DNA of 64,000 nucleotides, taken from Vulcanimicrobiales bacterium. GTDB taxonomy: Bacteria > Vulcanimicrobiota > Vulcanimicrobiia > Vulcanimicrobiales > Vulcanimicrobiaceae. The DNA lies in NCBI GenBank assembly GCA_038231455.1, contig JBBRLI010000016.1:1-64000 (forward strand), read 5' to 3'. The notes beneath the pieces are model-generated. The model had not been told where the DNA came from. It saw only the letters and a list, made by a program, of their open reading frames with translations, and did no database searches. Positions 18,039-27,760 of the stretch are shown piece after piece (position 1 is the first letter of the stretch; every line of letters begins with the position of its first letter). A program made the translations under genes and the position numbers.

Positions 18039-18967
18039 TGGAGTTGACTCGGTTCCGTGGACAGATAGTTATTTGACATCAGGCCGCGTCGGTCATCCGA
18101 CGCACGAGCTGCGTTCGAAGATGATTGGCCATGGCCCATCCAACGACGCGTCGACTGCAAGCATCGAGAACAACGGCAAGATACAGAAAACCTGACCACG
18201 TTGGAATGTACGTGATGTCAGCGACCCAGAGTTGGTCCGGACGTTCGGCAACGAATTTGCGATCGACGAGGTCCGGCGCTGGTCGTGCATTTGGGTTTCG
18301 CACCGTCGTAGTAGTCCATTTGCGGCGCGAAGCACCGTAGATATTGCGTTCTCGCATCAGACGTGCTGCACGTCTATTCGAAATCGCGATCCCGGCATCA
18401 CGTAATTCGGCTTGAATTCGTGGGCGGCCATACGTCGACCGCGAGCCCTTGAAGATCGCTTCGATCCGATCACCTAACAAGAGATCCGCTCGCTTACGCG
18501 CTGAAGGTTCGCGCGATTGCCAAGCATAGAAACCGCTTGTGGTGACGCCCAACGCCTCGCACATCAATGAAGTCGGATACTCTGCCTGATACGCTCGCAC
18601 TAGTCCGAAGATTTCTCCGGTATTATGTTCGTTTCGCGAGCGAACCAGGCCGCGGCTTTTTTTAGGATTTCAGTCTCCATTGTCAGCCGCTTATTTTCAC
18701 GACGCAATCGGGTGAGCTCTTGACGCTCGCTCGTCGTAAGACCATCGTCGCGGCGACCGCCATCGAGATCATCCTGTTTCACCCAGTTCACGATCGTTGT
18801 CGCGAGACGGTAAACTCGCGCGAGAGTTCGCTTAAGCCGCGGCCGGCTCGAGCCAGATCGATAATCTTACGCCGAAACTCCGGCGGATAGGACCGAGGGG
18901 ATTGCTTGGCCATGGTGGACTCTTTCTCCGTAAGTCGGAAAGTGTCCACGAGACCGAGTCAACTCCA
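18039..18967 (-). mobile_element. degenerate IS3-family element (929 bp, internal deletion)
   Basis: IRs TGGAGTTGACTCGGTTCCGTGGACA and TGTCCACGAGACCGAGTCAACTCCA match 23/25. OrfA (ATG 18913, MAKQSPRSYPPEFRRK) is frameshifted near 18795. OrfB (18079-18600) stops after the first catalytic Asp region. No target duplication. Confidence 0.92.
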
Positions 18968-18999
18968 GTTACCCAATCGACAAATTTAATATTCGTTAA

Positions 19000-19404
19000 C
19001 TACAAGGACTGGACGTATGCGGCGACGTCCTCGACGTCTTTCTCGCTCAGCGGAGACGGATACAGCTTCGGCATCGGTGCTTGCGGATTTTTGATCCACG
19101 CGACTGTTGCGGCCATATTCTTTTTCTTCTTCTCGCCGAGCAAGGCCGGGCCCACGCCGCCTTTGGCGCCGCCTGCACCGTGACACTGTGCGCAGTTCGC
19201 GGCGAAGATCGTCTTGCCGTGGGCCGAATCGCCCGACATGGCGGCGCTCATCGAGCCACCGGCGGGTGCCGCTGCCACCGACGGAGCGGCAGTTGCCGCT
19301 GCCGGATTGGTGGTCGTTGTGGTCGTGGTGTCGGTGCCCTTGCTGCAACCGGCCATCACGAGGCCCGCAACGGCCACGGTTATTAGCGCCAGACGTGTGT
19401 TCAC
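19000..19404 (-). CDS. lipoprotein monoheme cytochrome c (paralog 1)
   Basis: MAGC lipobox, Thr/Ala linker, CAQCH and distal PMP Met. Confidence 0.9.
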   Translation of the reverse strand: MNTRLALITVAVAGLVMAGCSKGTDTTTTTTTNPAAATAAPSVAAAPAGGSMSAAMSGDSAHGKTIFAANCAQCHGAGGAKGGVGPALLGEKKKKNMAATVAWIKNPQAPMPKLYPSPLSEKDVEDVAAYVQSL

Positions 19405-19515
19405 GAGTTCATCTCCTTTTGTAGCGGACTACCTATTGGCGAATCGTCGAATGCATCGCGATCGAGTTTTTCGGGTCGACAAAGCGCGAGCTATCGGGTC
19501 GTCAAGTTGATCAAA

Positions 19516-19908
19516 CTAGAGTGCCTGAACGTACGCAGCGACGTCGACGACCTCTTTTTCGGAAAGCGTCCCGGGATAGTATTTGGGCATCGGCGGTTGC
19601 GGATTTTTGATCCACGCGACGGTCGCCGCCATGTTCTTCTTCTTGTGTTCGCCGATCAGCACCGGGAACACGCCGCCTTTCGTGCCGGCACCGCCGACGC
19701 CGTGACACTCCGCGCAATTTGCGGCGAAGATCGCTTTTCCGTGGACCGCATCGCCGCTCACGACCGCGGCGGCAGGGCGCGCTGCCGAGGCACTTGCCGC
19801 GGGCGCCGTCGCAGTCGCGGTTGTCGTGGAGGTCGTCGTATCACTGCCCTTGGCGCAGCCAGCAATCAGCAGGGCGCCGGTCAATCCAACGATGGGAAGC
19901 GCGTTCAC
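19516..19908 (-). CDS. lipoprotein monoheme cytochrome c (paralog 2)
   Basis: GTG 19908 after AAGGAG; IAGC lipobox, CAECH and PMP. Confidence 0.9.
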   Translation of the reverse strand: MNALPIVGLTGALLIAGCAKGSDTTTSTTTATATAPAASASAARPAAAVVSGDAVHGKAIFAANCAECHGVGGAGTKGGVFPVLIGEHKKKNMAATVAWIKNPQPPMPKYYPGTLSEKEVVDVAAYVQAL

Positions 19909-19997
19909 GAGGTTCTCCTTCACACGGGATGGCGGGCAATCCGGGCGTTCGACAATTCGAGGCGGGACTTCGGATGCCCTCACCAAACAGAGCAAGC

Positions 19998-20489
19998 GTG
20001 AGTCGCGTTTTCATTCGATTTGCATTGCCGCGCGATGCAGCCCGACTAGTCGCCGACGGAATATTTACTTCCCCGCCGCCGGCGACCGAAACCTGGGAGG
20101 CCCGCATCGCGAAATGGCTCGCCGAGCAGCAGGCGGGTCGCCGCATCATGCTCATCGCCGAGGACGCAAGCGGCCTGCTCGGGACCGTCCAGTTGGTCTT
20201 CAAATTCCCGGCCGGCTATAACGATCCCGAAGCGGCAAACGGGATGGACATCGCGATGGTCGAGTCGCTGCGCACGCGCCATGACGCCTCGCCGCTGATC
20301 GCCACCCAGCTGATCACCGACGTGCAAGTGCTCGCCAAGAAACGCAATATCAAAACGATTACGTTTATCGTTCCGATGAGCAACAACTCCGGCATCAATC
20401 AAGTCAAGTCGTGGGGCTTCCAAGAATTCCGCATCATGCCCGAGGGCGGCAAGATGCTCGCCTTCTTCCGAAAATCGATCGACGACTGA
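19998..20489 (+). CDS. GNAT-fold-like hypothetical protein
   Basis: GTG 19998 gives MSRVFIRFA...MLIAED...GTVQL...KSWGF, a GNAT-like pattern. Confidence 0.6.
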   Translation: MSRVFIRFALPRDAARLVADGIFTSPPPATETWEARIAKWLAEQQAGRRIMLIAEDASGLLGTVQLVFKFPAGYNDPEAANGMDIAMVESLRTRHDASPLIATQLITDVQVLAKKRNIKTITFIVPMSNNSGINQVKSWGFQEFRIMPEGGKMLAFFRKSIDD

Positions 20490-20989
20490 TGGAGACGACG
20501 CCGCCAAAACCGCTCGAACGTCGCGCCGTCCGCGCGCTAATGTGGACGGAGCGGCTCGTCTTTTTCCTGATTGGCGCGCTGCTCTTCGTCGCGGCGCTCG
20601 CGCTGCTCGTCCGTTCGGCGGTCACGCTCTGGACGCTCATCAGCTCACCGACCACCTCGACGATCGGCGTCGGCTCCTCGTTTCTCGATCTCATTCTGCT
20701 CGTGCTGATGGTTGTCGAACTCGCGTACACCGTCGTACTCTCGCTGCGCGGCGCGGTGCTCGTCGCCGAGCCGTTTCTGCTCGTCGGGCTTATTGCCGTC
20801 ATCCGGCGCATTCTCGTCATCACGGTCGGTGAAGTCGGCGGCGCGGGCTCGGGGAAAGCAGGGCTCAACATCGCATCCGAAGTCGAGCTCGGCGTGCTCA
20901 CCGCAATCGTGCTCGCTTTCGTGCTATCGATTGTGATCTTGCGCTCGCGACCGCGCACGGAAATGATCGTCCTCGAGCACGAGGACTAA
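20489..20989 (+). CDS. PsiE-family membrane protein
   Basis: Four TM helices with EPFLLVGLIAVIRRILV. Confidence 0.8.
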   Translation: METTPPKPLERRAVRALMWTERLVFFLIGALLFVAALALLVRSAVTLWTLISSPTTSTIGVGSSFLDLILLVLMVVELAYTVVLSLRGAVLVAEPFLLVGLIAVIRRILVITVGEVGGAGSGKAGLNIASEVELGVLTAIVLAFVLSIVILRSRPRTEMIVLEHED

Positions 20990-20990
20990 C

Positions 20991-22316
20991 GTGCGCGGCA
21001 CGCGCGCGGTTGTCGCGCTGCTGTGCCTCGCGTTGCTGGGTGCTGCCCCGGCGCCCGGGCCATCGGCGCTGACCGGCGCGCTTCCCGACGGTGCGACATA
21101 CACGATCGAGGTACCAGTCGATTGGAACGGAACACTGCTGCTGTACAGCCACGGCTACGTGACACCCGGCGAAGCGAATCCCGCGCGCGACGCGGGTGAC
21201 CCGCGAACGGCCGCCTACCTCCTCGCGCATCGCTTTGCGCTTGCCGGTTCTTCGTATGCATCGACCGGCTATGCCGTTAAGGACGGTCTGCGCGATCAGA
21301 TCGACGTGCTCGACGTCTTTGCAAAGAGCGTGGGCAAACCCAAGCACACGATCGCCTGGGGCCACTCGATGGGCGGCATCATCACCGCCGGGCTCGTGCA
21401 AACCCATCCGGAACGGTTCGACGGCGCACTACCAATGTGCGGGGTCCTTGCCGGAACGACGGCGGGTTGGAACGGGCTTGCCGTCGCCGAGCACGCCTTC
21501 AAAACGCTTTTGGCAGCGCACGATCCGCTCAAAGAAGCGCGACTGAGCGATCCCATTGGCAACGTTGCGCTTGCGACGCAGCGTGCAAACGATGCCGCAA
21601 CGACCCCCGCAGGACGCGCGCGGCTCGCACTCATCGCCGCACTCGACGGCATCCCCGCTTGGTATCCACCGAGCGTGACCGAACCGACCGAGACGGCCGC
21701 AAAAACCGATGCGCTCATCGCCTGGCTGCGGCGCGTCTTCGTGCCGTTTGCATTCGGCTATCGCGCCGAACTGGAACATCGCGCGGGCGGCAATCTCTCA
21801 TCGACCACCGGATTTTCGTATGCGAACGCCTTTGAGGGGCTCGCCGAACGCGAACTGATCGTAAAACTCTATCGCGCGGCCGACCTCGATCTCCGCGCGG
21901 ATCTGCGCGCACTCGATGACGCACCGCCGTTGACGGCCGACCTGCCCGCGATGATGTATGCGATGCGCAACATCGACTTGAACGGACGCATTACCATTCC
22001 GGTGCTCACCGTCCACACGATCGCCGATGGCCTCGTACCGGTGAACGAAGAAGCCGCGTATGCAAGCGCCGTCGCCGCAGCCGGAAAATCAGCGCTGCTG
22101 CGTCAGCTCTTTGTCAAACGCGCGGGGCACTGCGCGTTCACCTCGGGCGAAACGATCGCCGCGATTCATCTCATCGAGCGCCGCGTGCTCACCGGCCGCT
22201 GGGATGATGAGCCACTGGCCGCGCTCAACGAGCGCGCTTCACTCTACGGCGATGAATACAATTCGAGTCCGCCCGCGTTCGCGCCGTTCACGCCGCTGCC
22301 GATGGTGGGTCGCTAG
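20991..22316 (+). CDS. secreted alpha/beta hydrolase
   Basis: Signal peptide, WNGTLLLYSHGY, GHSMGG nucleophile and GHCAF. Confidence 0.85.
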   Translation: MRGTRAVVALLCLALLGAAPAPGPSALTGALPDGATYTIEVPVDWNGTLLLYSHGYVTPGEANPARDAGDPRTAAYLLAHRFALAGSSYASTGYAVKDGLRDQIDVLDVFAKSVGKPKHTIAWGHSMGGIITAGLVQTHPERFDGALPMCGVLAGTTAGWNGLAVAEHAFKTLLAAHDPLKEARLSDPIGNVALATQRANDAATTPAGRARLALIAALDGIPAWYPPSVTEPTETAAKTDALIAWLRRVFVPFAFGYRAELEHRAGGNLSSTTGFSYANAFEGLAERELIVKLYRAADLDLRADLRALDDAPPLTADLPAMMYAMRNIDLNGRITIPVLTVHTIADGLVPVNEEAAYASAVAAAGKSALLRQLFVKRAGHCAFTSGETIAAIHLIERRVLTGRWDDEPLAALNERASLYGDEYNSSPPAFAPFTPLPMVGR

Positions 22317-23344
22317 CCGCCGATTTCGCTGAGCGCGCGCATGGCGCTTGCGGTTTGACCGAGTTCGAGATGATGGCGCTCGGGTTTGATGTACATCGCA
22401 CCGCGGAAGATCGCGGCGAGATCGTCGTGCGATGCGCCATCGCGAACGGGCGTGCGTAGATCGATTTCGTAGTCGCCGAAGAGGCATAAACGAAGACGTC
22501 CGTCGGCGCCCAGCCGCACGCGATTGCACGTTTCGCAGTAGTCGTGCGAGAGCGGGCTGATCACGCCCACCGATCCGGCCGCGCCGTCGAAGGCATAATA
22601 CCGTGCGGGTCCGTTGCCGCCAGGCCCGGCGACCGGCCGCAGATCGCCGAGCGCGTTAATGCGCTCCAGAATCTCGCTTGCCGCGACATAGGAGTCCGCC
22701 TGCATCCCGAGGTTTTCTTCGACCGGCATCACTTCGATGAAACGCACGTGAATCGGGCGCGTGCGCGTGAGTTCGGCAAATGCGCCGATCTCATCGTCGT
22801 TCTGGCCGCGCATCACAACGCAATTAAGTTTGATCGGCGTCATGCCCTCGGCAATCGCCGCATCGATGCCCGCGAGGACGCGATCGAGACCCGGCCGGCG
22901 CGCGATTGCAAAGAATCGTTCTTCTTGCAAGGTGTCGAGGCTAATGTTGACGCGCGTCAGTCCCGCTTCGCGCAATTCGCGCGCTTGCTCGGCGAGCATC
23001 AGGGCGTTGGTTGACAGCGCGATATCCTCAATGCCGGGGATGCTTGCGATGCGACGGACGAGCGTTGCAAGATCACGGCGAATGAGCGGCTCACCGCCCG
23101 TAAGGCGGATGCTCCTCACGCCTATTTTCGCCGCAGCCTCGACGATGAAGACAATCTCTTCGTAGGTGAGGATCTCGCTCTTCGCAATCCACGGGAGCCC
23201 AGCTTCGGGCATGCAGTAGACGCAGCGCAGGTTGCACCGGTCGGTCACCGAGATCCGCAGATACGTAATGGGGCGATTGAACGCATCGGCGAGCGGTTGG
23301 ACGCGGCCGATCAGGTCGATCACGGGAGCGGGCGAAATTGCCAC
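22313..23344 (-). CDS. moaA: GTP 3',8-cyclase
   Basis: YLRISVTDRCNLRCVYCMP, CETCNRVRL and C-terminal IGG. Confidence 0.97.
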   Translation of the reverse strand: MAISPAPVIDLIGRVQPLADAFNRPITYLRISVTDRCNLRCVYCMPEAGLPWIAKSEILTYEEIVFIVEAAAKIGVRSIRLTGGEPLIRRDLATLVRRIASIPGIEDIALSTNALMLAEQARELREAGLTRVNISLDTLQEERFFAIARRPGLDRVLAGIDAAIAEGMTPIKLNCVVMRGQNDDEIGAFAELTRTRPIHVRFIEVMPVEENLGMQADSYVAASEILERINALGDLRPVAGPGGNGPARYYAFDGAAGSVGVISPLSHDYCETCNRVRLGADGRLRLCLFGDYEIDLRTPVRDGASHDDLAAIFRGAMYIKPERHHLELGQTASAMRALSEIGG

Positions 23345-23360
23345 GACGAGCAGTTCGCCG

Positions 23361-24047
23361 CTACGGCTTGAACACCCGGTCGGCGATGGCGACGTTGATC
23401 TTGTAATCGGAGAACGCCGAGACGATATCCAAATTGAATTTCGGGATGTCGACATGACCGGTCGCCGACTTCACGACGTAGTTCCCTCCCACCGGCATGT
23501 ACTCTTGATTCAGCGAAATCGACCCGCCACCGGCGTCTTCTTTGTAAAACCAGGTCATCGTCGCAATCGTCGCCGTCTTGTCATCGACTTTGACGTCGAT
23601 ATGATCGATGCGGCCGTTCTTGCGGCGCACGAGTTTGAAGTTTGCGTTCGTGCCGTCATCGGCGATCGGTGTGACGACGTAGATCGCGTTCCACTCGGCA
23701 GGCGGCTCGATTTGCGGATACACGCTTTGGAATTTATCCGCAAGCGCCGGGACCTGATCGAAATGGATCGCATTTTTGTTGGGTTTCTTGTAGTATGCGG
23801 TGCCTGTGAGCTTGGGGCTCAAATACGGAAACGAATGCGAGGTGATGTCGAGTTTGAGACTCGCCGTATAGCTCGCGAGCCCCGCGTTGACTTTTTGCAT
23901 CCGCTCGTAGACGGCCGATGCGCCCGCGACGGACGACGAAGCCCCCGTCGCTAGGGGCACCGGGTCGTTTTGCCCGGCGCGGGCGATGCCCGGGGCGATG
24001 AGCGGGAGAGCAAGGGCGGCGACGAGCGCCAATCGTTGGATTCGCAT
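23361..24047 (-). CDS. exported LolA-like / outer-membrane sorting fold protein
   Basis: Signal peptide MRIQRLALVAALAL...ARA, YYKKPNK and a beta-rich body. Confidence 0.55.
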   Translation of the reverse strand: MRIQRLALVAALALPLIAPGIARAGQNDPVPLATGASSSVAGASAVYERMQKVNAGLASYTASLKLDITSHSFPYLSPKLTGTAYYKKPNKNAIHFDQVPALADKFQSVYPQIEPPAEWNAIYVVTPIADDGTNANFKLVRRKNGRIDHIDVKVDDKTATIATMTWFYKEDAGGGSISLNQEYMPVGGNYVVKSATGHVDIPKFNLDIVSAFSDYKINVAIADRVFKP

Positions 24048-24060
24048 GGTGTTCTCGGTT

Positions 24061-25182
24061 CTAACGCCCGCGCGCGGCGAACGGTTCCAATGCCGCGTCG
24101 ATCTCCCCGCCAACCGACGGTTCGCGCTCGCGCTCGGCGGCATCGCGCAGTCCCAGAATCGCTTGCGGCGACCCGATCCGTCCGAGCGCCCACGCCACGT
24201 GCCCGCGAACGAGCGGATGCGGGTCCGCCCCCAGCGCCCGCACGAGCGCCGGGACGCTCGCGCGATCGCCTTCGTTGCCGAGCGCAACAGCGGCATTGCG
24301 ACGCAGGACGGCACTGCCGCGCCACCCCACGGCGGTTTTCGCGAAGGTGCGTTTGAAGGCTCCGCTGCGCAGCACAAGCAGGTCGAGGAGTCGCGGAGCA
24401 GCGGCGTCTGGCGAGCGCGGTACGAACGCATCGCCGCCGTGCGCTCCGGCGTTGCGCGTCGGCGGACAAACGTCTTGGCAAATATCGCAGCCCCAGACCC
24501 ACGTGCCGATCAGCGCGCGCATCTCGCGCGGAATCGCGTCGGTGCGCTGCGTAAGATCTGAGATGCAACGCCGCGCATCGATCGTGTAATCGCCGCGCAG
24601 TGCCTGCGTCGGGCAGGCAACGATGCAACGCGTGCATGACCCGCACGACGTACGCAGCGGCGCGTCGACTTCGAGCGCAAGCGTGGTGATGATTTCGCCC
24701 AGGAAGACGAACGAGCCCAATTTCGGCGCGATGAGATTCGTGTGTTTCCCGACCCAGCCGAGCCCCGCTTTCGCGGCAAACGCGCGCTCGGCGATCGGCG
24801 CGGTGTCGCAGGTAACGCGTGTGACCGGCTCGCCCGCGAGTAGGTCGATCTCGGCGGCAAGCGACCGGAGCAGTGTCTGCATGCGCGTGTGGTAGTCCGT
24901 CGACCAGGCGTAGTTCGAGACGCGCCCCGTGCCGCGCGGTCGGTTCGTATCGGGCGTCGCATACGCGACGGCGATGCAAATCACCGAACGCGCACCGGAG
25001 AGCAGCATGCGCGGCGATGACGCGGTCCGCGCGTAGGCATCATCGTAATTCCACGTTGCAAGATCGCCGCGCGCGAACGACGCACGCAACCGCTCGTGCG
25101 TTTGCTCGTCGCCCGTCGCAGCGGCAATGCGAATGGCCCCGACACCGAGCGCCCGCGCGCGCTCGATGATCCGTTCCTTCAC
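24061..25182 (-). CDS. queG: tRNA epoxyqueuosine reductase
   Basis: CGSCTRCIVACPT, GCDICQDVCP and a C-terminal HEAT repeat. Confidence 0.95.
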   Translation of the reverse strand: MKERIIERARALGVGAIRIAAATGDEQTHERLRASFARGDLATWNYDDAYARTASSPRMLLSGARSVICIAVAYATPDTNRPRGTGRVSNYAWSTDYHTRMQTLLRSLAAEIDLLAGEPVTRVTCDTAPIAERAFAAKAGLGWVGKHTNLIAPKLGSFVFLGEIITTLALEVDAPLRTSCGSCTRCIVACPTQALRGDYTIDARRCISDLTQRTDAIPREMRALIGTWVWGCDICQDVCPPTRNAGAHGGDAFVPRSPDAAAPRLLDLLVLRSGAFKRTFAKTAVGWRGSAVLRRNAAVALGNEGDRASVPALVRALGADPHPLVRGHVAWALGRIGSPQAILGLRDAAEREREPSVGGEIDAALEPFAARGR

Positions 25183-26036
25183 AGCGTGGGCAAGCCGCTG
25201 CGACGCGCGCGCACCGGATACGCGTCGGCAATCGCTTTAATGTCGCTTTGATCGAGTTCGAGAACGCCAGCGCGTGCGTTCTCTTCAACATGCGCCACGG
25301 TCGCGGCTTTGGGAATCGCAAATGCGTTTGTTTCGCGGGTGAGAAACGCAAGAATAACGGCGCTCGTCGTGACGTCGCGATCGCGCGCGATGCGCTCGAG
25401 CACCGCTACACCGGATCGCAATTTTTCCGCGGCACCGCGCCCGAAGGGTGTGTAGGCGACCAGTGCAGCGCCATCGGCAGCCAGTGCCGGCTCTTCGTAT
25501 TCTTCCACGCTGCGTTCACCCAGATGGTACAGCAGCTGATTGCACGCAAGTCGTTCGCCGGCTGGGAGCCCCTCCCGCGCTTCGTTCCATTCATCGACAT
25601 CGAAATTGCTCAAACCGAAAGACCGGATTTTTCCCGCGTGGCGAAGCGAGGCCATCGCTGCGAGCGTTTCCGCGATCGGCGTGTTCCCCGGCCAGTGCAA
25701 GAGATAGCATTCAAGATAGTCGAGCTTCATGCGCTGCAGACTTGCCTCACATGCCTGGATCGTACCGCGCCGCGATGCGTTCGATGGAAGCACTTTGGAC
25801 ACGATAAAGAGCGATTCACGGGGGACGCCTGCGATCGCTTCGCCGACGATGCACTCGGCTTCGCCCGACCCATACATCTCGGCGGTATCGATGTGGGTGA
25901 GCCCAAGCTCGATTCCGCGTCGCAGGGCGCGTATTGCCTCATCACGCGCCGCGCCGCGCTCCGGAACGTTCCACGTCCCCTGGCCGATCGCCGGAACGCT
26001 CGGACCACCAGGCCCAAACGGCCGCGTGCGCATCAC
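25179..26036 (-). CDS. aldo/keto reductase
   Basis: IGQGTW, IDTAEMYG, YLLHWP, GLSNF and IPKA. Confidence 0.93.
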   Translation of the reverse strand: MMRTRPFGPGGPSVPAIGQGTWNVPERGAARDEAIRALRRGIELGLTHIDTAEMYGSGEAECIVGEAIAGVPRESLFIVSKVLPSNASRRGTIQACEASLQRMKLDYLECYLLHWPGNTPIAETLAAMASLRHAGKIRSFGLSNFDVDEWNEAREGLPAGERLACNQLLYHLGERSVEEYEEPALAADGAALVAYTPFGRGAAEKLRSGVAVLERIARDRDVTTSAVILAFLTRETNAFAIPKAATVAHVEENARAGVLELDQSDIKAIADAYPVRARRSGLPTL

Positions 26037-26044
26037 CGGGCCAG

Positions 26045-26569
26045 CTATGGCAGAAAGTCGAGCGGGACGGCGGCGTCTTTGGCGGAGATTCGCACCTCAC
26101 CGACGAGCGGCCACGCGATTCCGACCTGGGGATTGCGCCAGCTAATTCCGCCTTCGCTCGAGGGATCGTACTGCACGCTATTTTTGTACGTCACCGCGAC
26201 CTCATCGGCGAGCGCCAAGAACGAATGACCGAACCCGGGCGGCACGAAGAGCTGCTTGTGGTTGCTCTCGCTCAGATAGAAGCCTTGCCATTTCAAATAG
26301 GTCGGCGATTCGCGCCGTAAATCCACGATCACGTCGTAAATACGACCGCGCAGGCATTGCACCAGTTTGGCCATGCGGAAGTCGTAGTGCACGCCGCGCA
26401 TGACGTTGCGCGTCGACCACGACATCGAATCTTGAAACCACGCATCGGGTAAGCCGTGCTCGGTATAGCGGTTCTGTGCGTACGTCTCCTTGAAGAAGCC
26501 ACGATCGTCTTCGTGGACGACCGGAATGAAGATTTTGGCCTCGGCAAAGATGGTCGAGAGTACTTGAAT
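26045..26569 (-). CDS. rmlC: dTDP-4-dehydrorhamnose 3,5-epimerase (probable ATT start)
   Basis: The frame extends upstream of the ORF-track ATG to IQVLSTIFAEAKIFIPVVHEDDRGFFKETY. RGVHY and PPGFGHSF motifs. No ATG/GTG/TTG before the upstream TGA. Confidence 0.9.
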   Translation of the reverse strand: MQVLSTIFAEAKIFIPVVHEDDRGFFKETYAQNRYTEHGLPDAWFQDSMSWSTRNVMRGVHYDFRMAKLVQCLRGRIYDVIVDLRRESPTYLKWQGFYLSESNHKQLFVPPGFGHSFLALADEVAVTYKNSVQYDPSSEGGISWRNPQVGIAWPLVGEVRISAKDAAVPLDFLP

Positions 26570-26644
26570 GACGTGCTTCCTTCATCGATTGGTGGTGGGC
26601 GTGACTCGCCGCCGGGCAACGCGTTTTCCTGCCCGGCGCGGCCT

Positions 26645-27760
26645 TTAGAAAAAGCCGAATTCCGCATCGAGCGCGGCGTAGGCGAGCAGTCCGTCGCGCA
26701 AGTGGTAGAGTCGGCCGAAACCCGCCTCCCGCATGCGCTCGGCGGCCCAGCGTGATTTTTGTCCGACTCGGCATGCGACCACGTAGGCTTGCGCCGTGTC
26801 GAGTTCGTGCATCCGACGTTCGAGTTCGCCGGAGGGGATCGCGATGGAATTGGGGATTTCGCCCAGCACGCGTTCGTGCGGATCGCGAACGTCGAGCACG
26901 CGCGCGCCACTCTCCAGCATTGCATCGAGTTCGGCAGCATCGACTTCCGGAATCGTCGAGGGCGCCGCAGCCGACACCGATCGATCGAGTTCGCGAATCG
27001 TTGGCGAATCGCCGCAGAGCGGGCATGCCGGATCGCGCAAGATCCGCACCTCGCGCACGCGGGCGTCGAGTGCGTCCACCAGCAAGAGCCGACCCGCAAG
27101 CGTCGTGCCGATCCCCAAGATCAGTTTGAGCGCTTCGTTTGCCTGCCACGTGCCGATGATGCCGGCAAGGACGCCGAGCACACCGCCCTCCGCGCAACTC
27201 GGGACGAGATGCTCGGGCGGCGGTTCGGGAAAAAGACAGCGATAACACGGGCCGCCGGGCATGCCGAAGACCGAGACTTGTCCGTCAAACCGAAAGATCG
27301 AACCGTACACATCCGGCTTGCCTTCGAGCACGCATGCATCGTTGATGAGGTAGCGCGAGCCGAATGTGTCCGTTCCGTCGACCACGACGTCGTAGAGTCG
27401 CACGAGTTCGCGCGCGTTGGTCGCATCGAAGCGCACGCCGATCGGATCGATCGTGACGTGCGGGTTGAGCGCACGCAAACGTTCGGCTGCAGCACGCACT
27501 TTGGGAACGCCGACTTCACCCGTGCTGTAAAGAATCTGCCGTTGCAGGTTGGTAAGATCGACGGAGTCGTCATCGACGATGCCGATCCGGCCGATCCCCG
27601 CCGCCGCAAGATAGGCGAGCACGGGCGAGCCGAGTCCTCCGGCGCCGATGCAGAGCACGCGCGCTGCGCGCAATTTTTCGACACCCGCAAGCCCCACTTC
27701 GGGGATCAGCAAATGTCGCGAGTAGCGGCGCAGTTCTGCGCGCGAGGGAACGCCGCTCAA
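26645..27760 (-). CDS. moeB: molybdopterin-synthase adenylyltransferase with rhodanese domain
   Basis: RYSRHLLIPEVG, GAGGLGSP, NLQRQ, CYRC, CPLC and rhodanese CRVGQKS. TTG start overlaps the upstream stop. Confidence 0.93.
   Translation of the reverse strand: MSGVPSRAELRRYSRHLLIPEVGLAGVEKLRAARVLCIGAGGLGSPVLAYLAAAGIGRIGIVDDDSVDLTNLQRQILYSTGEVGVPKVRAAAERLRALNPHVTIDPIGVRFDATNARELVRLYDVVVDGTDTFGSRYLINDACVLEGKPDVYGSIFRFDGQVSVFGMPGGPCYRCLFPEPPPEHLVPSCAEGGVLGVLAGIIGTWQANEALKLILGIGTTLAGRLLLVDALDARVREVRILRDPACPLCGDSPTIRELDRSVSAAAPSTIPEVDAAELDAMLESGARVLDVRDPHERVLGEIPNSIAIPSGELERRMHELDTAQAYVVACRVGQKSRWAAERMREAGFGRLYHLRDGLLAYAALDAEFGFF

Noticed and set aside
18968-19001. AT-rich dif-like sequence at the islet's right edge
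   Set aside because: Only a partial match to a XerD arm and no convincing XerC arm.
26610-26638. CGCCGGGCA/TGCCCGGCG stem between moeB and rmlC, considered as a Moco riboswitch or terminator
   Set aside because: It is a single hairpin with no U-tract and no Moco-motif features; probably an mRNA stability or processing stem.
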